DNA of 64,000 bases from Oopsacas minuta. Its lineage: Eukaryota; Animalia; Porifera. The stretch is taken from positions 258,432-322,431 of the forward strand of contig JAKMXF010000099.1 in assembly GCA_024704765.1 (NCBI GenBank). Reading direction: 5' to 3'. The translations under genes were made by a program, and so were the position numbers. Positions 49,932-63,413 of the stretch are shown here, piece by piece (position 1 is the stretch's first letter; the number at the start of each line of letters is the position of its first letter). The notes beneath the pieces are model-generated. The model was not told the DNA's origin and made no database searches. It saw only the letters and a list, made by a program, of their open reading frames with translations.

Positions 49932-52173
49932 TTCTAGAAGGTTCAATAAATATTGCTACTTTAGAAATACAATAATTGTAATTTTATCTTAACATATACC
50001 TCAAGGCCATCATGTGAATTAGTTTTCCATACTAGCTCATGTGCACCTAAATTTTATGCGGAAAGTAGCAATTGAGCTTGCTCAAAGTAGTTTTAATACC
50101 TCTATCTGAAGGACATACATATTCCCGCAGGCTTTGATTCCAAATTCAACATATCTGGGAGTACATCTAAATCTCCTCCTTGGTGGACTAAGCCCATCTT
50201 AGGCTCCTGCCCTCATATCTGATACAGTGACATTCACGGAGAAAAATGTGGCTGGCCAAAGTAAGTCTCCCATAGGGTATATATTACACCATCTATATAA
50301 TGATCCAGCCATACCCGGAACAGGCTTATCAGGTACTACATCTATAGAACTTGAATTAGATTTCGATGTATAATATTGTGGAGAAAGCTTCCGATTCCCT
50401 CGCCCAAAATTTCGATTATCTGGAGACTAGGGGCGGATAACCAATATCTCCAAAATATTCAGCATAGGCCATTTTTCTATTTTGTACATCATATTCTTGG
50501 CTAAATTTAGACATATACATGCAAAATCTGAATTTGACACAATTTGTCCGAAGTTCACATATTTACGTGAGCCCTACCCTTGTGGCAGGTGCTTTTCTGC
50601 CCATTTTCAAGGGGCGAATGACTAAATCTCAGATATTTTAAATATATGTGAGATAATGCTCAAAAATTTTCACCATGGATTTAGGTGATCTAGTTCTATC
50701 CAAAAATTGATTAAACCCCTATCCTGTGAATATATCGAATAGGTGCTATTTCCTACTAAACCTCCCGAAATTAGATTATCTGGTCACCATCCCTGAGTAA
50801 GTGACAAAGCAGGGATTAGTTTCACGAAATATAATTTAATGCTTTAATAGTATCTTGAATTTCTTCCAATATAATAAATCACTCATAAACCCCCATATTG
50901 ACTTACTCCTTGTTCCACATTTGAATATATTCGTGTAGTATATCAGTGGAATAGCAATTTCGCCGAGATAAGGACACGGTTGAAAAGCTATCCCCAGTCA
51001 GGCAATTGTATTTTAGTTTCACAATTTTACTTAGTATAAGTTATTGTATCCTATATTTACAAGTATTGAAAATATACAATTTAGTCCTCCAAAAATTTTC
51101 TTGATAATGCTCATACGTTTATTTTATCAAGAAATATTTATTCCTTCAGAATAAATGCAATATTCGCCATTTATGAATATTTTTTATTATTTTACGTAGG
51201 TGATATACGTTCGAAATAGCTTCCGCTATATGAACTGGTTCCTACCAGAGAAGATTCTGAAGCGATGTATATGCAGAAATTGCATTATCAGAAGATATAA
51301 CATTAATCTATTTGGTCTCCACGGCCGACACTTCCCAAGGTTCCAAATGATCCAGATGGCATATGGTATGCCATTTTCCGGGGTTTGAATCATCGAGAAA
51401 AGTATGAAATCCGAAAAATAGCTATCAAATTTAAAATTGGTAAAAATTGAATGTACTCTGAAAGCATAAATATTACTTTGCAAGAATAAATGAATGTGCT
51501 AATAGATAATATTAATATATTGGAAATATAGATACTACTCCTTTTTTGAATCTGGTAGTGAGTATTAGAATACTATATATATATTCCGCGTTAGATTGGT
51601 GTATTTTCTCGGTAAAACCAAGTGGTTACATCACCCCTCAAATTCTTCACTGTACACCACTGGCAACTATTTTAAATAATGAAGTTTCACGCTATTTCTA
51701 TTACAAAATGAAACATCGATTTTACTTTAGACAATTTAGTACGTCTTTTCGAATCTACTTCTTGTTCGAATGTAGGTCTTATCCGAGTAGTATGAATTTA
51801 TCATAATATTGATTGGATACGAGAAATCGGTTATTTGTGGTTACTAGGTATTATCCGAGAGTAATTCTTCAAGTCCTAATTTCCTGGTCAAATAATGTAG
51901 TGTCCTGGGATTTTGCTAAGGATATTGAAATTCAGTCTAGGAAAGTACAGGAATTTTAGTCTTGAAATGCTCCAGTGCATGATTTAGGCCTAGACATGCT
52001 TGTCACCCTATGCTAATTGTATGTGGAAATATATTCGGATTAGACGTACATTGTTTAGTACATACAATATTTTGTTCCCGAAGAGGAGCGTCTTATCCCA
52101 GTTCAACTGTATTAGTGCTATCAATTTTGATTTTGATCTAATTTTTGAATCTTACATATTTGAAGAGTTTTTC

Positions 52174-53418
52174 ATGAGTTTTCATTCAGATTACCACTTG
52201 GATAATCTTTTAATGTTTGGAACGAATCATTGTTGTCAGAATCTGATAGATCTGTTGTTGTTAGCTGCCAATGGGAGCAGTATCTTTAATTCCCTGTTAG
52301 TTTGTGGACCTTCTAAACAATGGAATATTTTCTTATTACGCCAATGTATAGACTCACTGTGTCTAAATTACATTTACGTAAATTTTTTCGAAAATTATTC
52401 AGAAAAATTGTTCTATTTTTCCACCTTTAACAACATTGGGGCTAGCTCAGATAATTTTTGTTTTTCAGAATTTATTTTGATTCTTGAGAATCATCTTCGT
52501 TTATTTGAAGGCAAGATGTTTTTTCTAATTTGTGACAATGCAGAACATCTTTGTGATTTTGACCCACTTTTTATATCATCTTTGTGTTGTTTATTTGATC
52601 AATTTATTTTTGCAAATTTATGTTCTATTTTCGTAACAGATTTGCCATATACACAGTTTTGTGAAAGATATACTATGAAAGAACCATTTCAAGTTTATTT
52701 GCCTTCATTTTCCAAGTTGCATACATCATTAATGCTTATTGTTGAACCTAAAACCTGTTATCAAGTTCAACTTCACAATAATTTTCTCCAAAATATATGG
52801 CATGTATATCAAGATCTGGTTCAGAATATATATGATTTTCTTTTAATTTGCTGTGATTATATTGCATTTTATGTTGAACCAATCCTTACAGCAGATATTC
52901 AACCACAAGACTCGAGGGCTTTGTGGAAACTGTTTGACTCAAAACTGAGAAAAAATTTCCAGATTACCATTACTCAAAAATTGTTGGCTCCCTTTTCTCC
53001 GAGAAACCAATCCAATTTGGAACTTTTATCATATTTTGCCAAGATGTTGTTGATATCATCTTATCTAGCATCTCATAATTGTATCAAGTTCGATAACCAA
53101 TTATTTTCATCATCTTCCCGCTTGAGAAATAGAAGATCGCGTGGAATTAAAATCAATAATAACTTAACTGTTCCTTTTCATTTTAGCTTGGATAGGTTAA
53201 CTGCGATTTTTTATCGAATTACAGGTATCATTACACCACATACTATTAATCTATCCAACCTTCTAGCATCACTAATTTCACTGAAACTGCTCATTCAAAT
53301 TAATTCTTGTTCTTTAGGAGTGAGTAACCAACTGTATTTATCCATTCTAAACAAACACTCAATTCTACTCCTAAGCAAAAGCATTAAATTTCCCTTGAAT
53401 ATCTTTATTTTGGAATAA
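52174..53418 (+). CDS. ORC5: Origin recognition complex subunit 5, divergent and intronless
   Basis: Uninterrupted frame (open from 52000; alternative ATG at 52021). AAA-like N-terminal half with LICDNAEHL. ORC5 C-terminal signatures AKMLLISSYLASHN...D..LF, FSLDRLTAIFY and LASLISLKLL. Confidence 0.8.
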   Translation: MSFHSDYHLDNLLMFGTNHCCQNLIDLLLLAANGSSIFNSLLVCGPSKQWNIFLLRQCIDSLCLNYIYVNFFENYSEKLFYFSTFNNIGASSDNFCFSEFILILENHLRLFEGKMFFLICDNAEHLCDFDPLFISSLCCLFDQFIFANLCSIFVTDLPYTQFCERYTMKEPFQVYLPSFSKLHTSLMLIVEPKTCYQVQLHNNFLQNIWHVYQDLVQNIYDFLLICCDYIAFYVEPILTADIQPQDSRALWKLFDSKLRKNFQITITQKLLAPFSPRNQSNLELLSYFAKMLLISSYLASHNCIKFDNQLFSSSSRLRNRRSRGIKINNNLTVPFHFSLDRLTAIFYRITGIITPHTINLSNLLASLISLKLLIQINSCSLGVSNQLYLSILNKHSILLLSKSIKFPLNIFILE

Positions 53419-54219
53419 GAATTCGATTTACTTAGCATTATTAGGTTATTATCCGTTATGAGGTCATTGTTCTTTTGATATTCTAGAGTATGCGTTCAGG
53501 GAGGATTAAATATATTTGACCTTTCCATTTGCACGAACAAGCAAGGATGGGGATGATTACGATTACATATTTTCCTGTGATCATAATCGTAATCATTATC
53601 AAAAGTTTTTAAATTAGTGCATTCACTTTATCAAGCCTAGCTTAGGCGCTCTAATTCTCACTAGGGACCTCTAATTTATAACGTACTAAGTACCCAGTAT
53701 CATTACATTTAGGTGCGAGGAAACTCTAAATGTTGTCTGCGCCCCTCAAGCAATCCCTTAAAAACAATTATTGAATTGTTGACCGGGAAATCAAATATTT
53801 TTGTTAGAATGTAATTAGTTATCATGATTCACATGGACCTCTATACGCAAATTCGATCTTGTACATCTTCTTAATCTCTATTTGATAAATCCAGAATATC
53901 CAGCTCAATACTTGTAGTGCAGCGCCACAATTTCACTATTAAAAATCCCTACCCAAGGTATGCACATAACCCAGACTTTTTTGTTTCTTGCTGCATCTGA
54001 ATATTCATATTATTAGCCCAGCTGAACTTCATGGTATACCCTCAAATCCTATGGATATATTTCCAAATAATTATCTCATAATTACCCCTATCTAACTTTT
54101 GAAACGAGATCTCTAGCATCAATTTGAAGTATGTACATAAACTGTGAAAATCTTATCAAACAAATGATTAATCATTAGGACGAGAGAATTGAAAATTTCA
54201 AAATTGGTATATAGCTACT

Positions 54220-56075
54220 GGTAAACGGAACTTTCGTCTCAGAAAATTTCGTATCCGGAAATTTGGTTTCTTAGAATTTTCGTAACATTATTTTCGTTTA
54301 TTGTTAATTTCTCCTATATTTCAAGTTTTAATTAGTAAAAATATGTGTTTAATAAGTGAATAATAGAATTAAGAGTAAAGCATAGATGAAGATATATTAA
54401 AAGTCAAAGTTATGTCAAATTCCCTTAAGATAGGTAATGGTATCCCGATTTGCGTAGTCTGAAACTAATGTTCGGATGCGTTAATTATGTTTCAATTATT
54501 TTTACTGACTATTTTCCTCTGGTCAGGCTCCCACTTCACTAATGTTGCTTCCTGAATGGACTGCTCTCTCTGTAATATATTCAACAATTTGGAGATTGTT
54601 GGGTGAGAACAAGCTATGCTGGTTTGGAACCCATTGTGCCAACCTTCGACAATATTATTTGTGTGAGCTAGTTCTCCTTGCACCCTTTCATACAGATTTC
54701 ATATTCTGATAGGGAATTGTGGAACTCTCCTACTTTGATCTGGAAGTCGTTTCCCGATATAAGTATCCTCAAAGTACGTTACTAGAATCAGTGTTGATGC
54801 GGGAAAGTCTTGCAGAATAATATTGAAATAATCAACAACGTCTTGTTCAGGAACAAATGCAAGGCTTGGTAACATCTTTAAACTCAAACTAAATTCAAAA
54901 TCTGACTGGTGCTGCCCTGTTAATACTTCAGATTGTATCTTTCGGTATATATTTTGGGGAAGGTAAAGAAACATCCTGAAATTACGGCGAGAAAATGTTC
55001 ACCGAAAGTATTTATTTCTGCCTTTTCAAAGACGACAAGAATATTTGTAGGATTCAAGTCTGGGGATAATTCGAGAATTTCGAAGAAGCCTACTATAAGT
55101 ACTGTCTCTTTTATCTCGGAGGAGGGCATATACACAGGGATAAACATATCCATCCTTCTCAGCATGTATCGTGCACAATTGGAAGAAGTATTCAGGAACT
55201 ACTTTAAATGTCCCGTCAGTGTACCATGTGTTGGATTTTTCGGGAAGTGAGAGAAATTTGGGTGTAGAAAACGATCATTCGTTTATTGTCACCACATTCG
55301 GAATCATATAGCAAAAAGGTTCTTGTTTAAGGGTAATCTCGTATTGGGGATCAAAATTTTGGCAGCTCATGTTGGGTTACCACAACTTACTAGAGAAACT
55401 TTCTTGTAATTTCGGATAGTTATTTTAACAGAGTCTAAGTTGGGAGCTTTACTATACTTGATGAAGGCATTGTTCAATCCCAATAGATAATATAGCTCTA
55501 GAACTCTCTTCAGAATTGAATGCTCGTTGTTTTACATAATTATACACTTTGAGCATCACAATACGTGCAGGGTCTGATCCATGAGTATGACCATCTTCAA
55601 TTTGATAAATAAGTGTTGATTTTATCACTAGACTATCTCTTGTGTGGATCCGGGCTTTACAAACTCCTCGTTTTTCACATATCCACTGCTTAATATTATC
55701 CAACGACCTAACCAAAGTATATGCAAATCCTCTGATAGCAGCTTTATCTTTTCGTCGAGTACTCTTGAGCAATTCAATAGAAAAACATCAGCCATATTAA
55801 AGTATGTTACGTTTGAGTTAAAGAAGAAACACTTATATAATTAAGTCTCGAATTGATTACACGATAGGTTTTGGGTTAGTATGTGTATTATAATCAAGAA
55901 TGTGCAGCTACATTTTTAACAAAACAAAAATATTTCGAATGCAACACCTATATGAATGTTATCATAAGGATTATTAGATGCCCCTGAATAATACTTAAAA
56001 AGAAACATTTTGATACGAAAATTCCAGAAACGAGTTCCCAAGAGACCAACTTTCCGGATACGAAATTACCCGAGA
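54220..56075 (-). mobile_element. MULE (Mutator-like) transposon with FLYWCH domain, decayed
   Basis: Inverted terminal similarity (AATTTCGTATCCGGAAA.TTGGT.TCTT). ORF pieces GFAYT...WICEKRGVCKARIH, ISGCFF, LPSLAFVP...TYFEDTYIG and TNNIVEGWHN. Right end degenerate; no TSD found. Confidence 0.8.
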
Positions 56076-56779
56076 GATTGCTTAAGTATTAATTATATGC
56101 TTGGTAATTTCAATCTGTGCCACGAGATTTGTTCGTTGCATGGGGTTGTCCGATTTTCTGAGTGTCCGTTTTGGTAGACTCCACTGTATAGTGTTCTTGT
56201 GGCCCGTTAATAATCGGTAAGGGCATTGTTAATACCTTATCACGTTTTATATCGAGATTGACCTTATATGGCGAGTTACTTATTATCTTATTAACCGTTA
56301 GAGTTGATATCAAAACTTTATTTTTCATGGATAGGATGTTGCTTTATTGACGATCGATTATTATCAAATGTAGAGCTATATCATCAATATATTTTCAGAT
56401 ATGACTGGAATCTGTTCAAATACATCTGCAATAATGGATGATTTATCCTTGTTATTACATAAGCAGGCCGGGCTAGAAATATCTCCAAAATATACCAAAT
56501 ATGACTATTAATATTCTAACCGAGTCCTATATCGTTCAATTTGTTTACAGTAGTTATCTGTTCGAATAAATTTTATTCAAACAATGAGAAATTGCAGGAG
56601 ATTTATGCGAGACAAGTTCAAGATGAAATTCGGAATCAGCACATTTGATGACCACCTCTAGGCTGTTTTTAGACAAATCTTCAACGATTATTAGGAAGTT
56701 TTTCATCTGGGAAATATATCTCTTGAATGATTCATTATTACTTTTTTTTATAATTTTGATGGATAAATATTCCGTAGAT

Positions 56780-57270
56780 ATAATTTTAATTATTTTATAA
56801 CTCCCAAATGCCCTGGAATCTATCAAAGCACTCTCAATAGTTGAGAATACTTCAGAAATCAAGATAGCTACACTTGCCTTACAAGTACTATCGAACCAAA
56901 CAAAACAGCGAGAAATAGCCAAAGTTTTCAAAATCTGTAGTCCATGACAAGTTTTCGGGTCAATTCGGTAAGATATTGAAGAAAGAGCTCGATGTTACCA
57001 AGGTAGTGTTCCTTGTAGATCTCCTAGAAATTGGCAGGAGGAAATGCTCAGAACTCCGACATTACTTGCTATCTAGCGATATTCGTTTCCCGGTATACCA
57101 TAGGGTAGTAGAAGAAAGAAATAGCATAATTTTACGGTCGGATATTCAGATGTGCTCCAATCCTGAAACTCCACTTGGTGTGTATATGCCATATGCTCAT
57201 CACATTCGCCATATTTTTTGCTAGCTTACAGTGTGTCAAGATGAAATTGAGACCATGTTTTGACTTAAGT
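56780..57270 (+). pseudogene. Fragment of a second, distinct Transib/RAG1-like transposase (N-terminal core)
   Basis: ATLALQVLSNQTKQREIAKV...VVFLVDLLEIGRRKCSELR...FPVY...LGVYMPY aligns by eye with LTLALELVSNKSYDRDTSDM...AYILNSLEIGASKYTNLQ...LPSY...IGTCVSY of the 14.2-17.3 kb element. Truncated before the first catalytic Asp. Confidence 0.65.
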
Positions 57271-57315
57271 TTCTAAAAGATAATCATCACAAGCTTCGAA
57301 TATGAGTTGATTTAT

Positions 57316-58330
57316 TAAAAGGTGTCTATAAACTAATATTAGATCTTAATGCCATTACTCTCGATCACTAACTTCTGACGTTTTGGCGTAGATTGCCAAT
57401 AAGGTTTCAAAAATTCGGGTTCTATAGAATCCCAAATAGAGGAAGGGTTTAATCAAGTCTATTATGATTACGAGGGGGGTTCAAATCGATCTGATGTTTG
57501 ATCCAACCCACAAATTTTCGATAGAGTTTAGATCTGGGCTACAACGAGGCCATTCCATACGAAATATATCATGACTTTACGGAAAGTCTTAGCAACCTTT
57601 GACGTGTGCTTTGGATCGTTGTCTTCCTGTCAGACCCAGCCGTCAGGGTACAATGCCTGAGCTTGTGAAATTAGACACTCGTTTAGGATGTTCGTATATA
57701 ATTCTCCGGTGAGGTTCTGCCTAAAAACCTTTAACGGAAAGGTCCCATAAGGAGAAATTGCTCCCCAATCATGTAATTTTGGACTATGTTTGTTGCTTGG
57801 CTTGACCGCTTGTTGGTCTCCTTTTCACCACAGCCTTATTCTGCCACCATCTAGCCAAATTGACATCTTCCCTCTAGAAACAACTCGTTCCCAGGCAGTT
57901 GGTTTGTTATTCTTAGCCCACAATACTCTTTGTTTTTGTATCGATCCGTTGCCATAGGAATACTCCTTGCAACATTGTGGGTGTACCCTATCCTCTGTAA
58001 TTCCTCCCTGACCGTCTTATGGGATAAACTTTCTTGACGAAGATGATGGAATCGACTGGCCAATTTTCGTATGGACATCTTGCGATTCTGATTTGCCAAG
58101 CTTACAAGAGATCTAGCATCGTTCACATGTAATATTTTCGGTTTTCCGGTTCCAGATTTCCTCTGTGTATCACCGCCCTGACGAAATTTGGCTAATATGC
58201 GGAAAAACAGTGCCCCTCGGGATAGCTGTTCGCTGATGTATTTCGCTACCACTTGTAACCCCCGCGTCGAATAATTTGCGGATGAGATCTCTTCATTCTA
58301 ACTCCACCATACTGATTATGTTTTCGACAC
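57316..58330 (-). mobile_element. Decayed Tc1-type transposon
   Basis: RKSGTGKPK, TVREELQRIGY, EDNDPKHTSK and PDLNSIENLW. Left TIR remnant AGGTGTCTATAAACT; the other end was not located, so the coordinate is approximate. Confidence 0.7.
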
Positions 58331-59248
58331 AAAAGACAAATATGAGCCAAAAACTGATATTGGAGCGGTCTATGGTAATATAGCAGATATTTTCGGGAAT
58401 GTGTATTCTAAGTGACAGCTGATTGGTTGTTTGTGTATTCTAGAATCAATTAACTAATGGTAACTTGATATGCATTAATAAATGAATCAGAAAACAAATA
58501 TGTTTCATATCCAACCATAGCAAATGAAAAAATTCTGAAAATATACACAATTACACGAAAGTCTCAGTTTCATCTTGACAGACTGATGTGTAGGCAAATG
58601 CTTAATTATATTATAATTGTGGACAAATCGACTTTATCTTCGACTATAGTCATCTTTCACAGTCATTTTAGAGAATCTCAAAGATTTCATGCCTTAATCT
58701 ATTCATGTGTTAATATTCTATTGATGTGCAACTTCGGCCACTTGTGGCAGTTATATGAAGAGGAAATATTTCAGAAAGATTTCCTCTAAACAATTCGTAA
58801 TATTCATACTGGTGTAATACAGACCTATATAATTCATATCTTCTTTCAGAATTTTTTCATCAATTTGCATTCTATGCAATCTGCGATCCAAAAGTATATT
58901 ACTCATTATCTAGTATTGAGGAAAGTGTGCCTGGAAAATATAAAATTAGAAATATATTCGTCTAATTAGTCAGGATGATGTTAAACTTAAGTTTGGGTGA
59001 ATTTCGGCCATTTCCAGCAAAAGCTCATTCCATTTAATTTTGCCCAATTTGGGCATAAAATGCCATGAAAATGTACAAAAATTGCCAAATTTCATTTTTC
59101 TCACATCTTCAGATATGAAAACTGTTCATTTTTGTAATATACGCTTTTTACATATTTTCTGGAGGGGTGCAAGTACTTGAAATTCTAGATTTAGCCTTCA
59201 CATATTTCAATTATCAAATTTTGATTCAAATAATCTATCTTTAAACTA

Positions 59249-60557
59249 CAGGGTGTCTAATAAGTTCTGTTATATAGCAATTCCCCAATAATTTCAAATT
59301 TATCCATTGTAAAGCCATGAAACTTTCTAGTTTCTTAGGACTTAAGTTCCTAATTACAAATTACAAATATCTTTCAATATAGCCTCCCTTTTTGTGAATT
59401 ACGGAAGTTAGTCTGCTCCGAAACTGATGGACAGCTTTTCGCAGCTCCTCCTGTGGGATTTTCTGCCATTCACTCAACAAACTAACTTTGAGGGACTCCG
59501 AACTCTTGTGAGATTTCGTACGGACCCTGCTCTCCAAGTTTGCCCAAACAGAATAGTCGAGTGGCTTGAAATCTGGGCTTGATGGTGGCCATTCATCCTT
59601 ACTTATGAAATCGATATTTTGCTCTCGGAACACCCCGGGATACTTTTGAAACATGTGCAGGCGCAGAGTCTTGTTGGTAAGTCCAAGGATGGTTTTGAAA
59701 GAGCTTCTCACCAGCAGACGCAATTTCAGGGTCCAAGACCATCTCTCTGTACGTCTGAGAGTTTATTTTCACTCCTTGGGGGACAAAAATCAGGTTTGTC
59801 CCTGAGTCTGCCGACACTCCCGCCCATACCATCAGTGAAAGAGGTTTCTGGACTCTATCAATGTACTTGATGTCATCTGGGATATCCTGGCTTCGAGAAG
59901 CAAGTATACGGTCGTTTTGACGATTGCTTGCCTCCTCAACGGTGAACAGCTTCTCATCTGAGAAGAGAATCTGATCTTCAATCCCAGGAGCGAATCGGGC
60001 TTTTAGTTTGATGCATCTTTCGAGTCGCTTACGACGTATGGAGTCGTTAAGATGGTGTACGTTTTTCCTCTTATAGGACTTCATTCCTAGGTCCTCTACA
60101 ACCAATTTCTGTATCGTTTCGTGATTGACACAAAATTCACGGGATATTTTTCGCGTGGAACGTTGGGGATTTCTCAGGATTCGACATCTAACACTATTCT
60201 TCAGGGCTGGTGTGCGGGCGGATCTTGGACGACTAATTCGTTCCCTGTCAGACACGCTGCCGGTCTCTATATATCGTTTTATTGTGCGATAGATCAACAT
60301 GGGATTGACTTTATCATTTTTTAGCTTTTTAGAATTTCACTATTGCTAAACCCAGGTTCGTGAAGAGTAACAATTTCTGAACGAATTTCTTCTAACATGA
60401 TTTTCTGGGAAATCATCAACTTGAATGATATATACTTGGTATAATTCAAAAGAGCGCCAAAAATGCTACAAGAGATTCTAGAAGATTACTTCATAAGTAT
60501 ATTAATAGCTACTGTCTAAGGCGCGAAAATGTATAACAGAACTTATTAGACACCCTG
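59249..60557 (-). mobile_element. maT/DD37D-like Tc1-mariner transposon, frameshifted
   Basis: Perfect 26-bp TIR CAGGGTGTCTAATAAGTTCTGTTATA with TA TSD. Motifs LFSDEKLFTVE, QQDSAPAH and WPPSSPDFKPLDYSVW; the third catalytic residue is Asp at ~37 spacing across a frameshift. Confidence 0.88.
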
Positions 60558-60722
60558 TATATTCCAACATAGTTCATAAACTTATAGACTCTATGATAAT
60601 TGCAGTATATAGTTCTAACTAAGTATTCATATTTTATCTAAATTTCGTAACCATGTTGCTACATTGTTTGTACAAATCTTGTAACTAAGTTTTATACCAA
60701 AATATCTAATAACTTATATAGG

Positions 60723-60878
60723 TATAGCTCAACTATACTATAGTACAGTTTTGGTGTATTAGCCTTTTCTATGTTCGAGTAAATGTCATTTGTTAGGCCG
60801 AAAGAAAGTCACCTTTTGGGAATGAGGGTATGGGTTTTTGTATTACAAAAAACTGTACTATACTATAGTTGAGCTATA
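60723..60878. mobile_element. ~156-bp MITE
   Basis: 29-bp TIR TATAGCTCAACTATA(C/G)TATAGTACAGTTT with one mismatch. Confidence 0.7.
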
Positions 60879-62112
60879 TATAAGGAATTTGCCAAAATAT
60901 GTACTACTCAACAATTGAATCATTTGTATTTGAACACTATTATGTGTGAAATACACAGTGGTGTCATAATAGTACATTTGCAAAATAGAGAATGTGTATT
61001 GTTAAATATTATCTCGTACATTATACCAGGCAAACAGTTAGAATATAGTTTAACGTTGTTATTATACACATACTATACAAACCATAATTGACAATTTGAC
61101 ATATTGACATTTGATAAAAATATAGGAATTTTAACCCTATAAAATATATACAAAAACAAACCAACAAAAAACTAACATCCTTTCCAGAATTTAGGTGTCA
61201 GGAAAAGTCCAAAGAATGTAAAGACAGAAATGATGAGTGACTGTTACATTCCTTTTGAGTGATTCAAATTGAAATATAATATATTCAGAAATGAATGACA
61301 TATATAGGGGTATTTAAATATTAACGCGATTCTGGTACTCGATGCTTTTTGATCACCCGCAGCCTTCCTTAACCAACATAGTAATATTGTTCTTTCAGGT
61401 ATATTTTCGTATGCTATTCTAATTTGCCGTGTTTCCATGATTTAGAATTGTATTTTTAGTAGTGTGCAAGTACTTTGGTTCCGAAATTGGTTCCGAAAGT
61501 CCGAAAGTACATACATAAATACATATATTAATTGCGTGATAATAATATGTACTAGCCCTCTTCGCATGCTGGGTCGCTGTGCGACAGTATAGCGCTTCAA
61601 GTTATCTTAGGTATTAAATAGGCTGTGCAGTAGCCAAGTGAGCCTCCCGTTATCAAGAAGCCCCATTACTTTAGTCGGACTCACTTTTGCTGCATCCCAA
61701 TCAATTCATCTAATTTTGAAATCCCTTTCAAATTCCAGGTTACGTAACTGATCTAGGGTTAACGAACTAATTGTATCAATTGACGCCTGTTAAACTTTCG
61801 CCAAGTATGTATTTTAGTACGTAGCGCAAGTTAGATCAAAGCGTCTGCGGAAATGAGTTTAGGCTTGAGCTTCAACTTCCGACGTCTCAACTATATTTTG
61901 TAACTTTTCTTTATCTTACGAATGAACATTTCAATTTATTTGTAAAATGGAACCTGCATAAACCGACACCTGTATTATCCTGAATAGATCTATAATTGCT
62001 GAACCAATACTATTTTATGTGATCAATAGTTGGTTTCGATATCATTGACTGATTCATCAAAATAATCGTCTTGATCACAATAACCTTGAAAATGTAGAAA
62101 ACAAGATTTGTA

Positions 62113-62249
62113 CAGTCGACTCCCGTTATAAAGAAGAAGAAGGTATCTAAATGCTCATTTATGTTGCAGTATTTCTTTTATATTGTCTCCACTTTATCGA
62201 AGTAATTATCGTGTTCACTTGAGCTTCGATATATATCGGGAGTTGACTA
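62113..62249. mobile_element. pogo/Tc1-type MITE
   Basis: TA|CAGTCGACTCCCGTTATA ... TATATCGGGAGTTGACTA|TA. Confidence 0.6.
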
Positions 62250-63413
62250 TATTGCGTATTTAAAATAGAACAATACCTTGTGATACATTAAATTCTTAAC
62301 AAATGGTTTACTGATAAATTTACTTTCGTAATATCATCTGTCTTACAACATAGACTGTCTTCTTCACTATTTTCAGCCTTCGCCATTTTTTATTCCAGAG
62401 ATATATTGTTGTGTAGGCTACGTTGTCAGCCATTTACAAAGCATTAACCAGAAATGTTAATCTCACTTGAAATATTATTTAAATAATACTTTAAGGGAAT
62501 CAAAATGTCTTCGAGATTGCGAATGTTCGAGTTAACGGATGCCATAAGTACTAAAAGTCATATATTTACAAGTACTCAGCGCGTAGTTCGACGCGTAGAT
62601 TAGGTACGCCGTAGAAATTAGTGTTATTTACAATGCGAATTCGACTTTTGTTTCTTTACCAATAATTGTTACGAATTTTAGGTATTTTGAATTATTATTC
62701 AAACCTTCTATATTTGCTATGCCTACAATTATCTATTACTAGCGTCGCTAACCTGTTACTCTCAGTAGCTAAACCTCTGTTTCACTGAAGGAACGGCTAA
62801 GTTCCGCTTGAGGAAAGTCTACACCAGAGGTTGTCAACAAAATTTTGGCCCCTGACTTTTGGTCCGGACCAGAAATACCAAGTTTAACGGTCTGTTTAGA
62901 CTCCAGGTCGGCCTCTATCCCGCGCGGTTATATTTCCAGTCTTGCTTAAGATGATTATATTCATGATAATATTTACAACGGACCTTTTGACCTTAGCTCA
63001 GCTCATACTCAGCGAGTACCTAATCTGCGCGCTGAAATTGCTGATATTTTAGCTGTGAATTTGACTTTTGGTTCTTGTCCAACTATATAATTTGAAATGT
63101 TTTATTTGTATAATGATTATTACCATCTGTTATCTTAATTATTATTGTACTAGTTTCTCCCATTGGCACAAGCAGAATTATTTCATAAGGAATAAATGCT
63201 TGAGAATCAAGCTATTCCAATGATAATTATGGAAACAGATGATAATAACCATTGTACAGATACAGTATACCCTCGCTAATCCGAGCACCATTGTTCCGAT
63301 TGCAAAACAATACGTTCGGATAGCGAAATGCGCTGAAACAATACTATAGAATCTGGGAGGACTTTTTTCGAAAGTTGTACAAACGATTGAAAGAGGGTCA
63401 ATACACGTATATA

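Noticed and set aside
62570-63060. 15-bp inverted pair GCG(T/C)AGATTAGGTAC as element termini
   Set aside because: No TSD or coherent boundaries were found.
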